NCBI GenBank assembly: GCA_963817955.1
Contig: CAWFQK010000003.1
Location: 128,001-192,000 of the forward strand
Reading direction: 5' to 3'
Source of the DNA: an uncultured Gemmatimonadaceae bacterium
GTDB taxonomy: Bacteria; Gemmatimonadota; Gemmatimonadetes; Gemmatimonadales; Gemmatimonadaceae
Length of the DNA: 64,000 nucleotides
In this document: piece after piece, positions 52,057-61,429 of the stretch
Numbering within the stretch: position 1 is the first letter of the stretch
Layout: every line of letters starts with the position of its first letter
Translations under genes and position numbers: made by a program
The notes under the pieces: generated by a model
The model's input: only the letters and a program-made list of their open reading frames with translations
What the model was told of the DNA's origin: nothing
Database searches by the model: none

Positions 52057-54552
52057 ATGCCTCCTTCCCCGCCACGTGGTACGCCCGTTCCTGACCTGCT
52101 CTACGCGCAGGCCCGCGCCGACCTTGCCGCGGGGCGGTGGCGAAAAGCGCGCGACGCCTTCAAGGAACTCTGCAAAGGTGATCGCGCCACATTCCAGCCA
52201 CTCCTCGTGGAAGCGAATGTCGGGCTCGCCCGCGCCATGCTGGCCAAGGGCCTGATCTCCGACGCACGACAGGTTCTGTCGTACCTCCGGAGGATCGCTT
52301 CTCCGGCAACCATCACCGCGCTCGATGCTGAGATCGCCGCATGTGCAGCGAAGTCGCCGAGCGCCGCTCCCGATCCGGTCGCGCTCCTCGCGGATGGTGC
52401 TCTGGCGCCGGACGAACAGCGCAGGGTGGCGGATCAACTCGTCGTCGCATTCACGAGCGGCAGCATAGACACCGCGTCACCAGCGTCCGCACAGGTGGTG
52501 GCCGATCTTCGCGCGATTCATCAGGCGATCGAATCCGTGTGCCACGGAGACCACGAGCGCGCGATGGAGTATGTGCGTCCCCTCAAACGAGAATCCGTGT
52601 TCGCCCACTGGCGACTCTTTGTGCGTGCGGTGGCAGCGTTTCAGCGAGGTGACGCAGACAAGGCCGTGCAGTACTTCGAGGAATTGCCGGCGTCCTCGGT
52701 GCCTGGGCGGGCATGCGATGCGTGGCTCCTTGCGCTTGGCAAGCAAATCGACACTGGACGAGGCGCCGAATCGGAAGCCGTGCTCGAAGCGGCCGGAACG
52801 CTGGCTGGTGAACCTGGATGGGGCCGTGCGCTGGCCCGGGCCGAGGTGATGTGGCGCGCAGGTAGGCATGCATCATCGTATCGCGCAGTCGCTGGCGCGA
52901 AGGGGTCTTTTCCATCGGACGGGGCGGACTTTTGCTCCGCGCTCTCAGCCTTCTTTTTCAATGCCATCTTCGCGCTTCCGGAAGATCAGCGCTACGAGTA
53001 CGCGGACGCGCTCAGCGAGATCGAAGTCAGCCGCCGCGGGACGAGTCCCACGGAATTGATGCTGATTCGCCGCACCCTGTCGTTGCTGTACGCAGCCGAC
53101 GGCACGGGCGAAATCGACCCATCCTGTCTGCAGGGGATATGGGAAGCGTTCCTCCGGGACCACCAGCGTATTCACGGCACCAACCCCCGCCTCGCCTCGG
53201 CGGGGTTGTGCTGGTTGGGCAAGGTCCTCGCGCAACCGCGACCACATTCACTCCGTCATCGCCCCCGGGCGAAGCGCGACCGCGGCGGCGCTGCCATCGC
53301 CGTGCTGGAGAAGAGCATCGAGCTCGATCCGGGCAATGTCGACGCACATCTCCTGCTGGCGTCGTTGTACGGGACGGGATCGCGCGCGCGCGATCGTAAC
53401 CGCCTCCTCGATCTCATCGCTGTCCGATTTCCGGACCACAAGGAGGCGCTTCTGGCCGTGGGCGCCGGCTGCGTCGATCGCAAAGCCAACGCCAAAGCGC
53501 TCGAATACTACGAACGCGCGCTCACGATCGACCGGTTGGATCCGGCGATGCCCGATCTCGTCGCGACCGCCTGTTTATTACTTGCCGCTCAATTCTATCA
53601 GAAGGGAAAACTCCCGGCAGCGCGGCAAGCATTGACCCGCGCTGACGAATTAGCGGTCGATCACGCCGAGCACTTCGTGCGCAGCCGGTGGTGCCTCGAG
53701 GCGCGGCGCGCCGTACTGGAAATGATGTATGGCGACGCATCCGTGGGCGCAGTGGCGTTGGACGAGGCGCGGGCGAGCAGTCCGTCGCGGGCGGCGTGCC
53801 TGTTTTTCGTGCGGCTCGCCTGGTCGTTCTACTATTCCCGATCTCTCCACCGGCTCTTTCCGGCGCCGCTCAAGGCGGAGCTTGCGCAGGAGGCGACGCG
53901 GGAGTCAAACGGTCGCGATGCAGTGACGCTCGTGCAGCTCTGGCGGTACTGGGGCACTGGTGGGAACTCTCGAGCTCGGACCATGGACGAGGAAGGGTGG
54001 CTCCGGCGGTATCTCAAGGGTGCGGCGAAAACGTCGATGGCCCGCGATGATGCGTCGCGCCTCCTCGAACTCCTCCGGGCTTTCCCCGAGTTTGGCCAGG
54101 AGGCGCGAGCGGTGGTGGCGCGAGCGTTGAAGGGAGATCGAGCGGATCCGTTGTTTCTACTCTATAGGGAACTGCTGCAACCCTTCCCGCGACTTGGACC
54201 GGTGGAATACGAGTCCATCCTGGCGGAGGCTCGTCGCCGCGGCGACGACGCGGCCGAGCGACTTGCGCGCGAGTTAGACAGTCACATCGCGGGGAGCGGC
54301 TCACCACCATTCGCACAGCCATGGGATGATTCCGGACTGGACGAATTTGAGGACGACGATGACGTCGCGGAAGACATCCTTGGGTCTCCAGAGGTAGCCG
54401 CATTCATTGATCTGCTTGCCGCCGCGCCGCCGGGCGAAGTTGCAAAGATGAGAAAGAAGCGCCCACAATGGATGCCCATGGAGCTGTTTGAAATGTTGCT
54501 GACGTTCGCGCGGGCGGGGAGAGGGAATCCCGATCAAGGCGACCTGTTCTGA
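52057..54552 (+). CDS. Large TPR-repeat protein
   Basis: Helical repeats (LEKSIELDPGNVDAHLLLA; ALEYYERALTIDRLD); acidic tail; ends QGDLF. Confidence 0.8.
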   Translation: MPPSPPRGTPVPDLLYAQARADLAAGRWRKARDAFKELCKGDRATFQPLLVEANVGLARAMLAKGLISDARQVLSYLRRIASPATITALDAEIAACAAKSPSAAPDPVALLADGALAPDEQRRVADQLVVAFTSGSIDTASPASAQVVADLRAIHQAIESVCHGDHERAMEYVRPLKRESVFAHWRLFVRAVAAFQRGDADKAVQYFEELPASSVPGRACDAWLLALGKQIDTGRGAESEAVLEAAGTLAGEPGWGRALARAEVMWRAGRHASSYRAVAGAKGSFPSDGADFCSALSAFFFNAIFALPEDQRYEYADALSEIEVSRRGTSPTELMLIRRTLSLLYAADGTGEIDPSCLQGIWEAFLRDHQRIHGTNPRLASAGLCWLGKVLAQPRPHSLRHRPRAKRDRGGAAIAVLEKSIELDPGNVDAHLLLASLYGTGSRARDRNRLLDLIAVRFPDHKEALLAVGAGCVDRKANAKALEYYERALTIDRLDPAMPDLVATACLLLAAQFYQKGKLPAARQALTRADELAVDHAEHFVRSRWCLEARRAVLEMMYGDASVGAVALDEARASSPSRAACLFFVRLAWSFYYSRSLHRLFPAPLKAELAQEATRESNGRDAVTLVQLWRYWGTGGNSRARTMDEEGWLRRYLKGAAKTSMARDDASRLLELLRAFPEFGQEARAVVARALKGDRADPLFLLYRELLQPFPRLGPVEYESILAEARRRGDDAAERLARELDSHIAGSGSPPFAQPWDDSGLDEFEDDDDVAEDILGSPEVAAFIDLLAAAPPGEVAKMRKKRPQWMPMELFEMLLTFARAGRGNPDQGDLF

Positions 54553-54561
54553 GTATCAACG

Positions 54562-54867
54562 ATGAACCCATATTTCATTCTTGGCGTGCCTCTCGATGCG
54601 GATGATGAGCGCATCCGCCGAGCCTATCTCGACTCGATCAAGCTTGCGCCTCCCGACCTGGACCCCACGCAATTTCAGGCGGTAAGCGCGGCCTACGAGC
54701 AAATCAAGAACGAAGCGAGTCGACATCAGCATATCTTGTTTGATCGAACTCCGCCGGGAGATTCACCGGTGGACGTATTGGTCCGGTACGCCAAGGTTCG
54801 TCCGCAACCACGGGCCCTTCCCCTCGACGCAATGAAAGCGCTTCTCCGCGCATGCACGAAGAACTGA
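54562..54867 (+). CDS. Small J-domain protein with PPD in place of HPD
   Basis: MNPYFILGV..DADDERIRRAY....KLAPPDLDPTQFQAVSAAYEQI. Confidence 0.85.
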   Translation: MNPYFILGVPLDADDERIRRAYLDSIKLAPPDLDPTQFQAVSAAYEQIKNEASRHQHILFDRTPPGDSPVDVLVRYAKVRPQPRALPLDAMKALLRACTKN

Positions 54868-55556
54868 TGCCGACCGCAAACGACTCCAATGCCGGAGCGC
54901 TGGAGGACTGGAAGCGCGAGCTTCGTGAGAATGTCGAGCGCTGGCTCGAGTCGCTCGACGACATTCCCGACAGCGATGAGGCTGATGCGGACGAAGTGGA
55001 GACGCCGGATCTCTATTCGTTCTACGGGCAACTTGCTGCCGCAACCACGGAGGCGCGCAAGTCCAATCGCCGGACTGCGGAGGCGTTCAGTCAGTGGAGC
55101 GATACGCTCTCGAAATTCGATGACGAACTGCGGCTGCTTCGCGAACAGGGATCGCGACAGCCGGTGGCAGACAATGACGCGTTGCCACGCGCATGGTGTC
55201 TCGCGCTCGTCGAGATCACGGACCGCATGCATCGGCTTTCAGCGGCGTTCGCGACACCGCCGCGCCGCGCGTGGCTGGGCACCGACCACCAGTGGCACCT
55301 GGCCTGGGAAACCCAACGGCAAGGTTTCGATATTCTCCTGAGTCACGTCGATGCGCTTGTTACTCGCGCCGGATTGACCCGGATACCGGCGCTCCACCAA
55401 CCGTTCGATCCCGCCATGATGTCGGCCGTCATCGCCGAGCCCGACGCCGGCTGGCCACACGACACGGTGACCGAGGAGATAGCCCCAGGGTACCTGTTGC
55501 GCGGCGAGCTTCTTCGAGTTGCGCAGGTCAAAGTCTCCACGCGCGAGCGCCCATGA
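54867..55556 (+). CDS. GrpE-like nucleotide exchange factor
   Basis: PFDPAMMSAV...VTEEIAPGYLLRGELLRVAQVKV; TGATG coupling to the J-domain gene. Confidence 0.85.
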   Translation: MPTANDSNAGALEDWKRELRENVERWLESLDDIPDSDEADADEVETPDLYSFYGQLAAATTEARKSNRRTAEAFSQWSDTLSKFDDELRLLREQGSRQPVADNDALPRAWCLALVEITDRMHRLSAAFATPPRRAWLGTDHQWHLAWETQRQGFDILLSHVDALVTRAGLTRIPALHQPFDPAMMSAVIAEPDAGWPHDTVTEEIAPGYLLRGELLRVAQVKVSTRERP

Positions 55557-55578
55557 ACCACACATTGCCACACTCGAG

Positions 55579-57330
55579 ATGAATGAGCTGATCGTCGGAA
55601 TCGACCTGGGTACCACGAATTCCGCCCTCGCGGCGGACGTCGATGGCGAAATCAGAGTTATCGATATCCATGGTCAACGGACCATGCCGTCGTGTGTAGG
55701 AATAGATGCGAGCGGCACGCTCGTTGTCGGGGAGGCGGCCAGGAACCAGGCCATCGCGTCGCCCGACGCGACGATTCTCTCCATCAAACGACGGATGGGA
55801 GACGATGTCCGGTTACCGCTCGGTGGCAGGCAGTTCTCGCCTGAAGAACTTTCCTCGTTCATCCTGCGTGAGCTCAAGCTCGAGGGGGAGAAGCAACTCG
55901 GCCAATCAATCAGGAAGGCCGTGGTCACCGTGCCCGCCTTTTTCACCGAACGGCAGCGCAAGGCCACGCAGGTCGCCGGCGAGCTGGCCGGCCTCGATGT
56001 GGTGCGGATCATCAATGAGCCCACCGCTGCGGCGCTCGCTTATGGCGCCGGCGACACCCCCGACGAGACGATCGTCGTCTATGATCTCGGCGGCGGCACC
56101 TTTGACGTGTCGGTCGTTGTCGTGCAGGAGGGAGTGGTCGAGGTCCGCGCGAGTCATGGCGATACGCACCTGGGCGGCGACGACTTCGATCAATTGCTCG
56201 TCGAGCACGCACTCCGCGAGTTCGAGCGTCGTCACGGCACCAATCTCTCGGGAAACGACCGGGTGCTTCGCCGGTTGGGCATCGTACTCGAGCGCGCCAA
56301 ACGCCGGCTGTCCGACGAACCGTTCGTCGCCGTGCGAGAGGAGTACCTGGACGGCACGCATCATCTCGACATGGAGATCGAGCGCGGTGCGTATGAGGCG
56401 ATGATCGCGCCACTCCTTGAGAAGACGCTTCTCTCGGTTCATCAGGCAATGCGGGGCGCGGCCTTGCTGCCGGGCGCCATCGATCGCGTCATGCTCGTTG
56501 GTGGTTCCACTCGCACGCCCCTTGTTCATGCCATGTTGCGTGAGCGGCTGCAGATGGAGCCGAGATGGGAGATAGATCCGGATCTGATCGTCGCGATGGG
56601 CGCGGCAATTCAGGGCGCCGTGCTGGCCGGGCAGAAGCGTCATTCGATTCTCGTCGATATCACACCGCATACGTTCAACACGACTACGCTGGGGATGATG
56701 GACGGCATGACTCGTCTCGTGTCCGTGCCCATCATTCCGAGGAATACCCCACTTCCCGCAAGCAAGTCGGAAGTCTTCTTCACGATGTACGACAATCAGG
56801 ACGCCGTGGAGGTGGACGCGCGCCAGGGCGAGGCGACCGTTCCCGAGCTGAATGCACTCGTGGGCGAGTTCTTGGTGGAGGGACTCAGCCAAGTGCCCGC
56901 CGGGAGCCCCATCGTCGTCCACTTCGAGCTCGACCTCAGCGGCGTGCTCCGTGTGACAGCGACGGAAAAGCAGACCGGTCTGGCGAAGACGGTCACGATG
57001 GACACGCGGGGTACCCACGTGCTGAACGTGGACGAGGCGCGCCGCAACATCGCGTCGTTGCTGGAGCCATTGGTCGTGCGCGCCGAGGACGCGGAGTCTG
57101 ACGACGATGCCAGTGACGCTTCCGAAGCGCGAGAGCGGTTACTGGCGACCGCCAAGGACCTCCGGAAACGTGGCGAAGCATTGCTGGCGAAGAACGTCAA
57201 TGACGATGATGCGCGGGAGATTCGCGATCTGATTCACGCGAGCGCCGGAGCGATCACGGGGCGCGACTGGGGGCACCTCACCGAGATGAACGACAAGTTG
57301 TCCGATCTCGTTTTCTATCTCGAGGACTGA
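55579..57330 (+). CDS. Hsp70/DnaK-family protein (accessory paralog)
   Basis: GIDLGTTNS, TVPAFF, NEPTAAALAYG, YDLGGGTFD, DTHLGGDDFD, GGSTRTP and IIPRNTPLP motifs; short helical C-terminus. Confidence 0.93.
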   Translation: MNELIVGIDLGTTNSALAADVDGEIRVIDIHGQRTMPSCVGIDASGTLVVGEAARNQAIASPDATILSIKRRMGDDVRLPLGGRQFSPEELSSFILRELKLEGEKQLGQSIRKAVVTVPAFFTERQRKATQVAGELAGLDVVRIINEPTAAALAYGAGDTPDETIVVYDLGGGTFDVSVVVVQEGVVEVRASHGDTHLGGDDFDQLLVEHALREFERRHGTNLSGNDRVLRRLGIVLERAKRRLSDEPFVAVREEYLDGTHHLDMEIERGAYEAMIAPLLEKTLLSVHQAMRGAALLPGAIDRVMLVGGSTRTPLVHAMLRERLQMEPRWEIDPDLIVAMGAAIQGAVLAGQKRHSILVDITPHTFNTTTLGMMDGMTRLVSVPIIPRNTPLPASKSEVFFTMYDNQDAVEVDARQGEATVPELNALVGEFLVEGLSQVPAGSPIVVHFELDLSGVLRVTATEKQTGLAKTVTMDTRGTHVLNVDEARRNIASLLEPLVVRAEDAESDDDASDASEARERLLATAKDLRKRGEALLAKNVNDDDAREIRDLIHASAGAITGRDWGHLTEMNDKLSDLVFYLED

Positions 57331-57331
57331 C

Positions 57332-57667
57332 GTGCGGGTATCCTGTCCGGCGTGCGGCAAGACCATGGTGGCTGCGCTCGCCGCCGATGTGGCGTGCGAC
57401 AGATGCGGATGCGATCTGTCGCGGCTCCGTGATATCCTCGTTGCGGCGGCGGCGCGCCTCCAGTTGGCACGATCGGCCCTGGCGACGGGCGAGTATGAAG
57501 TCGCGCTTTCGTACGCCGACGAGTCGTGGTCATTGGCGCACAATCCACTGTGTGTGGACGTCGCGTGCCTGGCTGCGTCCGCTGGTGGCTACGTCGGCGA
57601 TCTCGTGCGCTGGCAGCGCCGTGGAGGTGGTGCGTCAGACTCTGGTCTATCACCGCGGACTGCGTGA
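57332..57667 (+). CDS. Zn-ribbon (CPAC..CDRC) plus TPR-like small protein
   Basis: Two CxxC motifs followed by a helical hairpin; starts 1 nt after the Hsp70 stop. Confidence 0.7.
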   Translation: MRVSCPACGKTMVAALAADVACDRCGCDLSRLRDILVAAAARLQLARSALATGEYEVALSYADESWSLAHNPLCVDVACLAASAGGYVGDLVRWQRRGGGASDSGLSPRTA

Positions 57668-57737
57668 TGTACGCCGTAGTGCGCCGCGAGCGGCGCATTG
57701 TGGGCAGGCTCTCTCACCCCGAACACAGCAAGCAACG

Positions 57738-57965
57738 TTATGCGGAAAGGCGTACCGACGCTCCGTGGGCGGCGGCGTACAGCATGTCCGGATCCAGATC
57801 CACCCCATTCGGCCACACGATCGTGCCCGCGTCTGCGTCCACGGAGACGCGCGCGAAGAAGCTCGGATCCTGTAGGGGCGCGATCTTGACCGGCGACTCG
57901 TCCGAGTGGAGCCGACGCCAATTCTCAAGCAGTTCGGCTTCGTGGAGTGTAGTCCACTCCACCAC
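57738..57965 (-). pseudogene. Deletion fusion of a DUF4160 C-terminus and a DUF2442 C-terminus
   Basis: VEWTTLHEAELLENW...KIAPL joined to DPSFFARV.VD..AGTIVWPNGVDLDPDMLY; stop lies within GCATAAC. Confidence 0.75.
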
Positions 57966-58156
57966 GAGCGCCAGGCTCGAGGCGGAAGGTTGCCGGAGAG
58001 GAGCCCGACTGGTTGGATCTGCACCTACGCCTCTAGGAATACGGCGGTCAGATGTTGTAGGGTGATCATGTTAGCTCGCTCGGGTGTGGAACTCGAAGGC
58101 AAGTCACCGTAGCCGCCACGACAGACCCACGCGGGTGGGTTGGGCACCCAATCTCG

Positions 58157-58432
58157 TTATATGGCCGCTCCGCGATGTCCGTCTAGCCTTCGCCTAGCAC
58201 GCCTAGCACTGGTGTATGCGAAGGCAGGATCCCGGCGGTCGCCGAGCGTGTCAGCGGTAACGTCCGGCCCCAATCTGGACCGAGCGGCGGCGGGCTTCTC
58301 ACGTAGAGTGCAACCGGCAAGCGTTGGCGGGTTATCGCCGTGCCTCCAGGGCGAGCGCTGCGCTCCTGCAGGAAACGGTGTGCAAACCGCGATGCTTGCA
58401 GCTGTGAGAGCGAGGCGGATACGCGAACGCAT
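58157..58432 (-). pseudogene. Secreted hypothetical cassette gene, probably truncated
   Basis: Signal peptide (AGAQ); starts after an attC; stop lies within ATATAAC. Confidence 0.45.
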
Positions 58433-58459
58433 CGTGATCCGATGAGAGGGTTGGACGCT

Positions 58460-58556
58460 CTCTAACGCCGAGTATCACCTGCAGGCGAATTCACAAGAGC
58501 GGCGGTGAAGCCGCCGTCAACCTTGGCTCGCCTGCCTGGTGCATGCAACGTTAGCC
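58460..58556 (-). mobile_element. attC recombination site
   Basis: Minus strand GGCTAAC-GTTGCATGCACCAGGCAGGCGA...CGGCGGCTTCACCGCCG hairpin...TCGCCTGCAGGTGATACTCGGC-GTTAGAG; the toxin stop lies in the inverse core. Confidence 0.85.
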
Positions 58557-58856
58557 GTCACGGCGAGTGATCGTCCAGTCGATTTCGTCTTGTCGCACAT
58601 GTCGACAGGCGAGAACGACGATCTCGTCGCCGAAGATCTCGTACACCACGCTGTACGGAAACCGGTGAAGCAGTGCGCGACGGACTTGCCCTTCTTCGGT
58701 CACGGCTCGATGCACCTGTGGAAAGATCGCGAGCACCTCAACCGTCGCATCGAGTTCGCCAAGGATGGCACGGCCGAGCCCACGGACCTGTGATTCGTAC
58801 CACCTTCGGGCTTCTCGAATCTCCGCGCGCGCCTCCGGCCGAAACCGAACGCGCAC
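58551..58856 (-). CDS. RelE/ParE family toxin
   Basis: FRPEARAEIREARRWYE....GLG...RRALLHRFPYSVVY. Confidence 0.9.
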   Translation of the reverse strand: MRVRFRPEARAEIREARRWYESQVRGLGRAILGELDATVEVLAIFPQVHRAVTEEGQVRRALLHRFPYSVVYEIFGDEIVVLACRHVRQDEIDWTITRRDG

Positions 58857-58861
58857 GAGCT

Positions 58862-59125
58862 TCAGCCAGTCCGGCGCGGACCGCGCGCATCGGCGCGATC
58901 GTCCGCCTCTTGATCAGCGGCCAGCTCTGAGCGAACGGTCTTCCAGTCGACGGCAGCGGAGGGATCACGACGATGCGCGGCGCGACGGGTTTCGATGAGC
59001 TCTCGCTCCTCGGCGCTCATTGGGAACGCGCCCGGCTTTGTTCGTAGTGAATCCCAGAGTTGCTCAATGAGCTCGAAGCGCTCACCGGCTGTCAGTTGGT
59101 CGATGTTGAATGCGGGACGGACCAT
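58862..59125 (-). CDS. Addiction module antitoxin
   Basis: LTAGERFELIEQLWDSL...ELIETRRA...AVDWKTV. Confidence 0.85.
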   Translation of the reverse strand: MVRPAFNIDQLTAGERFELIEQLWDSLRTKPGAFPMSAEERELIETRRAAHRRDPSAAVDWKTVRSELAADQEADDRADARGPRRTG

Positions 59126-59235
59126 GTTTGGGAATCTGGCCGCTACCTCATCGGCCGGCAAGTCCGGCCGCCAGAGGACGGTTCTCGCAACTTGGCCATC
59201 GGGCGGCGATCGCCTCAGCGATGCCGGGGTGTAGG

Positions 59236-59333
59236 GCATAACGCTTGAGCTAAGCTGCGAACGCGCAGGGCTGGAAGATTGCTGCCGGTGCGAAACGATG
59301 CGCGCGTTCGTCAGCTCCAGCGACTTGTTGGGC
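59236..59333 (-). mobile_element. attC recombination site
   Basis: Minus strand GCCCAAC-AAGTCGCTGGAGCTGACGAACGCGC...GCGCGTTCGCAGCTTAGCTCAAGC-GTTATGC, with canonical R and L boxes and bulged bases. Confidence 0.9.
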
Positions 59334-59342
59334 GGCGGCGCG

Positions 59343-59735
59343 CTAGCGGGTGACCGCCGTCTGCACGAGCTGCGGGACCCGGCAGCCGCCACTCACGGCC
59401 GGCGTGAACGCCCACCGGGTGATCACTTGCCGCACACTGTCCGCGGCGGCCGCCGACGGCGTCCGCAGAACATGGAACGAGCGCGGATCGACCGCGCCAA
59501 GCGTGTCGACGACGAACTGCACGATCACCGCCTCCGGGTGCGCCTGCATCTGGATGAACCGTTCCCTGGCGGGCCGCGGCACGAGCAGCGTGTCGCCCCG
59601 GTAGCTCGCCGGCTGGTCGACCTGGAACTCGAACAGCGGCTGTGGCGGCGCGACACACCCCTGTGCGAGCGCGGCCGACCCGGCCGCCGAACCGAGGAGC
59701 GCCAGCGCGACAGCAGCGACGGATACGGAGCGCAT
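59343..59735 (-). CDS. Small secreted TonB C-terminal-like protein
   Basis: Signal peptide; FEFQVDQPA; VQFVVDTLG; WAFTPA..GCRVPQLVQT. Confidence 0.75.
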   Translation of the reverse strand: MRSVSVAAVALALLGSAAGSAALAQGCVAPPQPLFEFQVDQPASYRGDTLLVPRPARERFIQMQAHPEAVIVQFVVDTLGAVDPRSFHVLRTPSAAAADSVRQVITRWAFTPAVSGGCRVPQLVQTAVTR

Positions 59736-59741
59736 GCTTAG

Positions 59742-61175
59742 CTCGACTTTGGCCATTTCTCACGTGCTGTGAACGAGGCGCGTATAGCAGCCTCATGACG
59801 TGACGAAGCGGGTGACCTCGTAGACTGACGTATCTCTTTGGCAAGAGTGATCTGTCATGTCTGCGCTGCCGACCCGCTTCGTCTCGATCATCCTAGCATT
59901 TTCCGGACTCTTTCGCCAGCGGACGTGGCGGTACGCGGAACGGCTCCTCGTCGGCGCCATTCTCGCGCCGGGTATTCGCACCGTCGCGAGCGCCCTGCGC
60001 GTCCTCGGGCTGGCCGACGAGCGCCATTTCGTGAACTATCATCGCGTGTTGAGTCGAGCCCCATGGTCCCCCCGTGCGGCGAGTCGGATCTTGCTTGCTC
60101 TGCTCGTGCGCGCCTTCGTGCCGACCGGTCCGATCGTGCTTGGCCTCGACGACACCATCGAGCGCCGGCGCGGCGCCAAGATTCACGCCAAAGGCATCTA
60201 CCGGGATCCGGTCCACTCCTCGCACAGCCACTTCGTGAAAACGAGTGGGTTGCGCTGGCTCTCGGTCATGCTCCTGGCCCCGATTCCGTGGGCGAAGCGC
60301 GTCTGGGCGGTGCCGATCCTCACGGCGCTGGCGCCCTCCGAGCGCTATGCCAAGGAGCGCGGACTGCGGCACAAGCGGCTCACGGATTGGGCACGGCAAC
60401 TGCTCGTCCAACTCCAGCGCTGGTTGCCCGGGCGCGCCCTTATCATGGTAGCCGACGCGAGCTTCGCGGCCTTGGACCTCCTCGCGGCCCTCTCGCCCAG
60501 GATGACCTGCATCACGCGTCCGACTGGATGCCCAGCTCTTGCGCTCGCGCCCGCGGCTGTGCCGGCCCTGCATCACGTCCTCGGTCGTCGAGCGACGGAG
60601 TGGACGCGTCTGACGGTGCCGGCCTGGTATGGCGAGACGAGCCGCGACATCGAGGTCACCTCCGACACCGCCGTCTGGTACTCGCATGGCGTCGCGTTGC
60701 CCATTCGCTGGGTGCTCGTGCGCGATCCGTTCGGCCGGTTCGATCCGCAGGCGCTGCTCTGCACCGATCTCGCGCTCGCGCCGCTCGCCATCGTCCAGTA
60801 CTTCGTGCAGCGGTGGCAGGTCGAAGTCACGTTCGAAGCGGCCCGGCGACATCTCGGCGTCGAGACGCAACGGCAATGGTCCGACCGCGCCATCGCCCGG
60901 ACGACTCCCGTCCTGTTGAGCCTCTTCTCCGTGGTCACGCTCTGCTGGCCCACCGCCTCGTCCGTGCCGGCACGCTGCCAGTCCGCCGCACGGCCTGGTA
61001 TCGGAAACCGACGCCCACCTTCAGCGATGCCCTCGCCGCCGTGCGGGCCGAGCTCTGGCGCCAAGAGGGTTTCCATATCTCCACATCGCGGGCGGACGTG
61101 TCAAAACTCACACGACGCTTGCTCGCACGCCTGACAAGTATCTTATGCGAGGCCGCCTAAACGGCCAAAGTCGAG
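59742..61175 (+). mobile_element. IS701-like insertion sequence
   Basis: Terminal inverted repeats CTCGACTTTGGCCATTT and AAACGGCCAAAGTCGAG (1 mismatch); flanks are CTTAG and CTGAG. Confidence 0.8.
59857..61160 (+). pseudogene. DDE transposase (IS701-like), defective
   Basis: LGLDDT, YRDPVHSS, VADASFA and RWQVEVTF motifs; the C-terminus WYRKPTPTFSDAL is in another frame; apparent deletion near 60520. Confidence 0.82.
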
Positions 61176-61407
61176 CTGAGCAATCCGATGCGCGGCCTTT
61201 GCCCCGTCAACGCCAAGGAGCGCCGTGGTCGGCCAACCATGCTCGCGGATGATCTCACGTAAGCGTGCGGATGTTTGAATCGTGAACAGCCGCCATGCGC
61301 GGGTTGTACCCTTGAAACAATGCCCCGTCGGACGCCAACGTGGCACGGACAGTCTGATCGTAGTCATCCATCGCGATGAGCTCTGCTCGCAGCACCTCGT
61401 CTAACAC
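61176..61407 (-). pseudogene. DUF6624-like gene, frameshifted and cut by the IS
   Basis: LRAELIAM...DQTVR; RLREIIREHGWP...LGVDGAKAA..IAQ ends exactly at the IS end. Confidence 0.75.
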
Positions 61408-61429
61408 GACACCTCTGGCAACGATCTCG

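Noticed and set aside
55579..57330. Housekeeping dnaK
   Set aside because: Partner genes, short C-terminus and mobile context do not fit, so the gene symbol was withheld.
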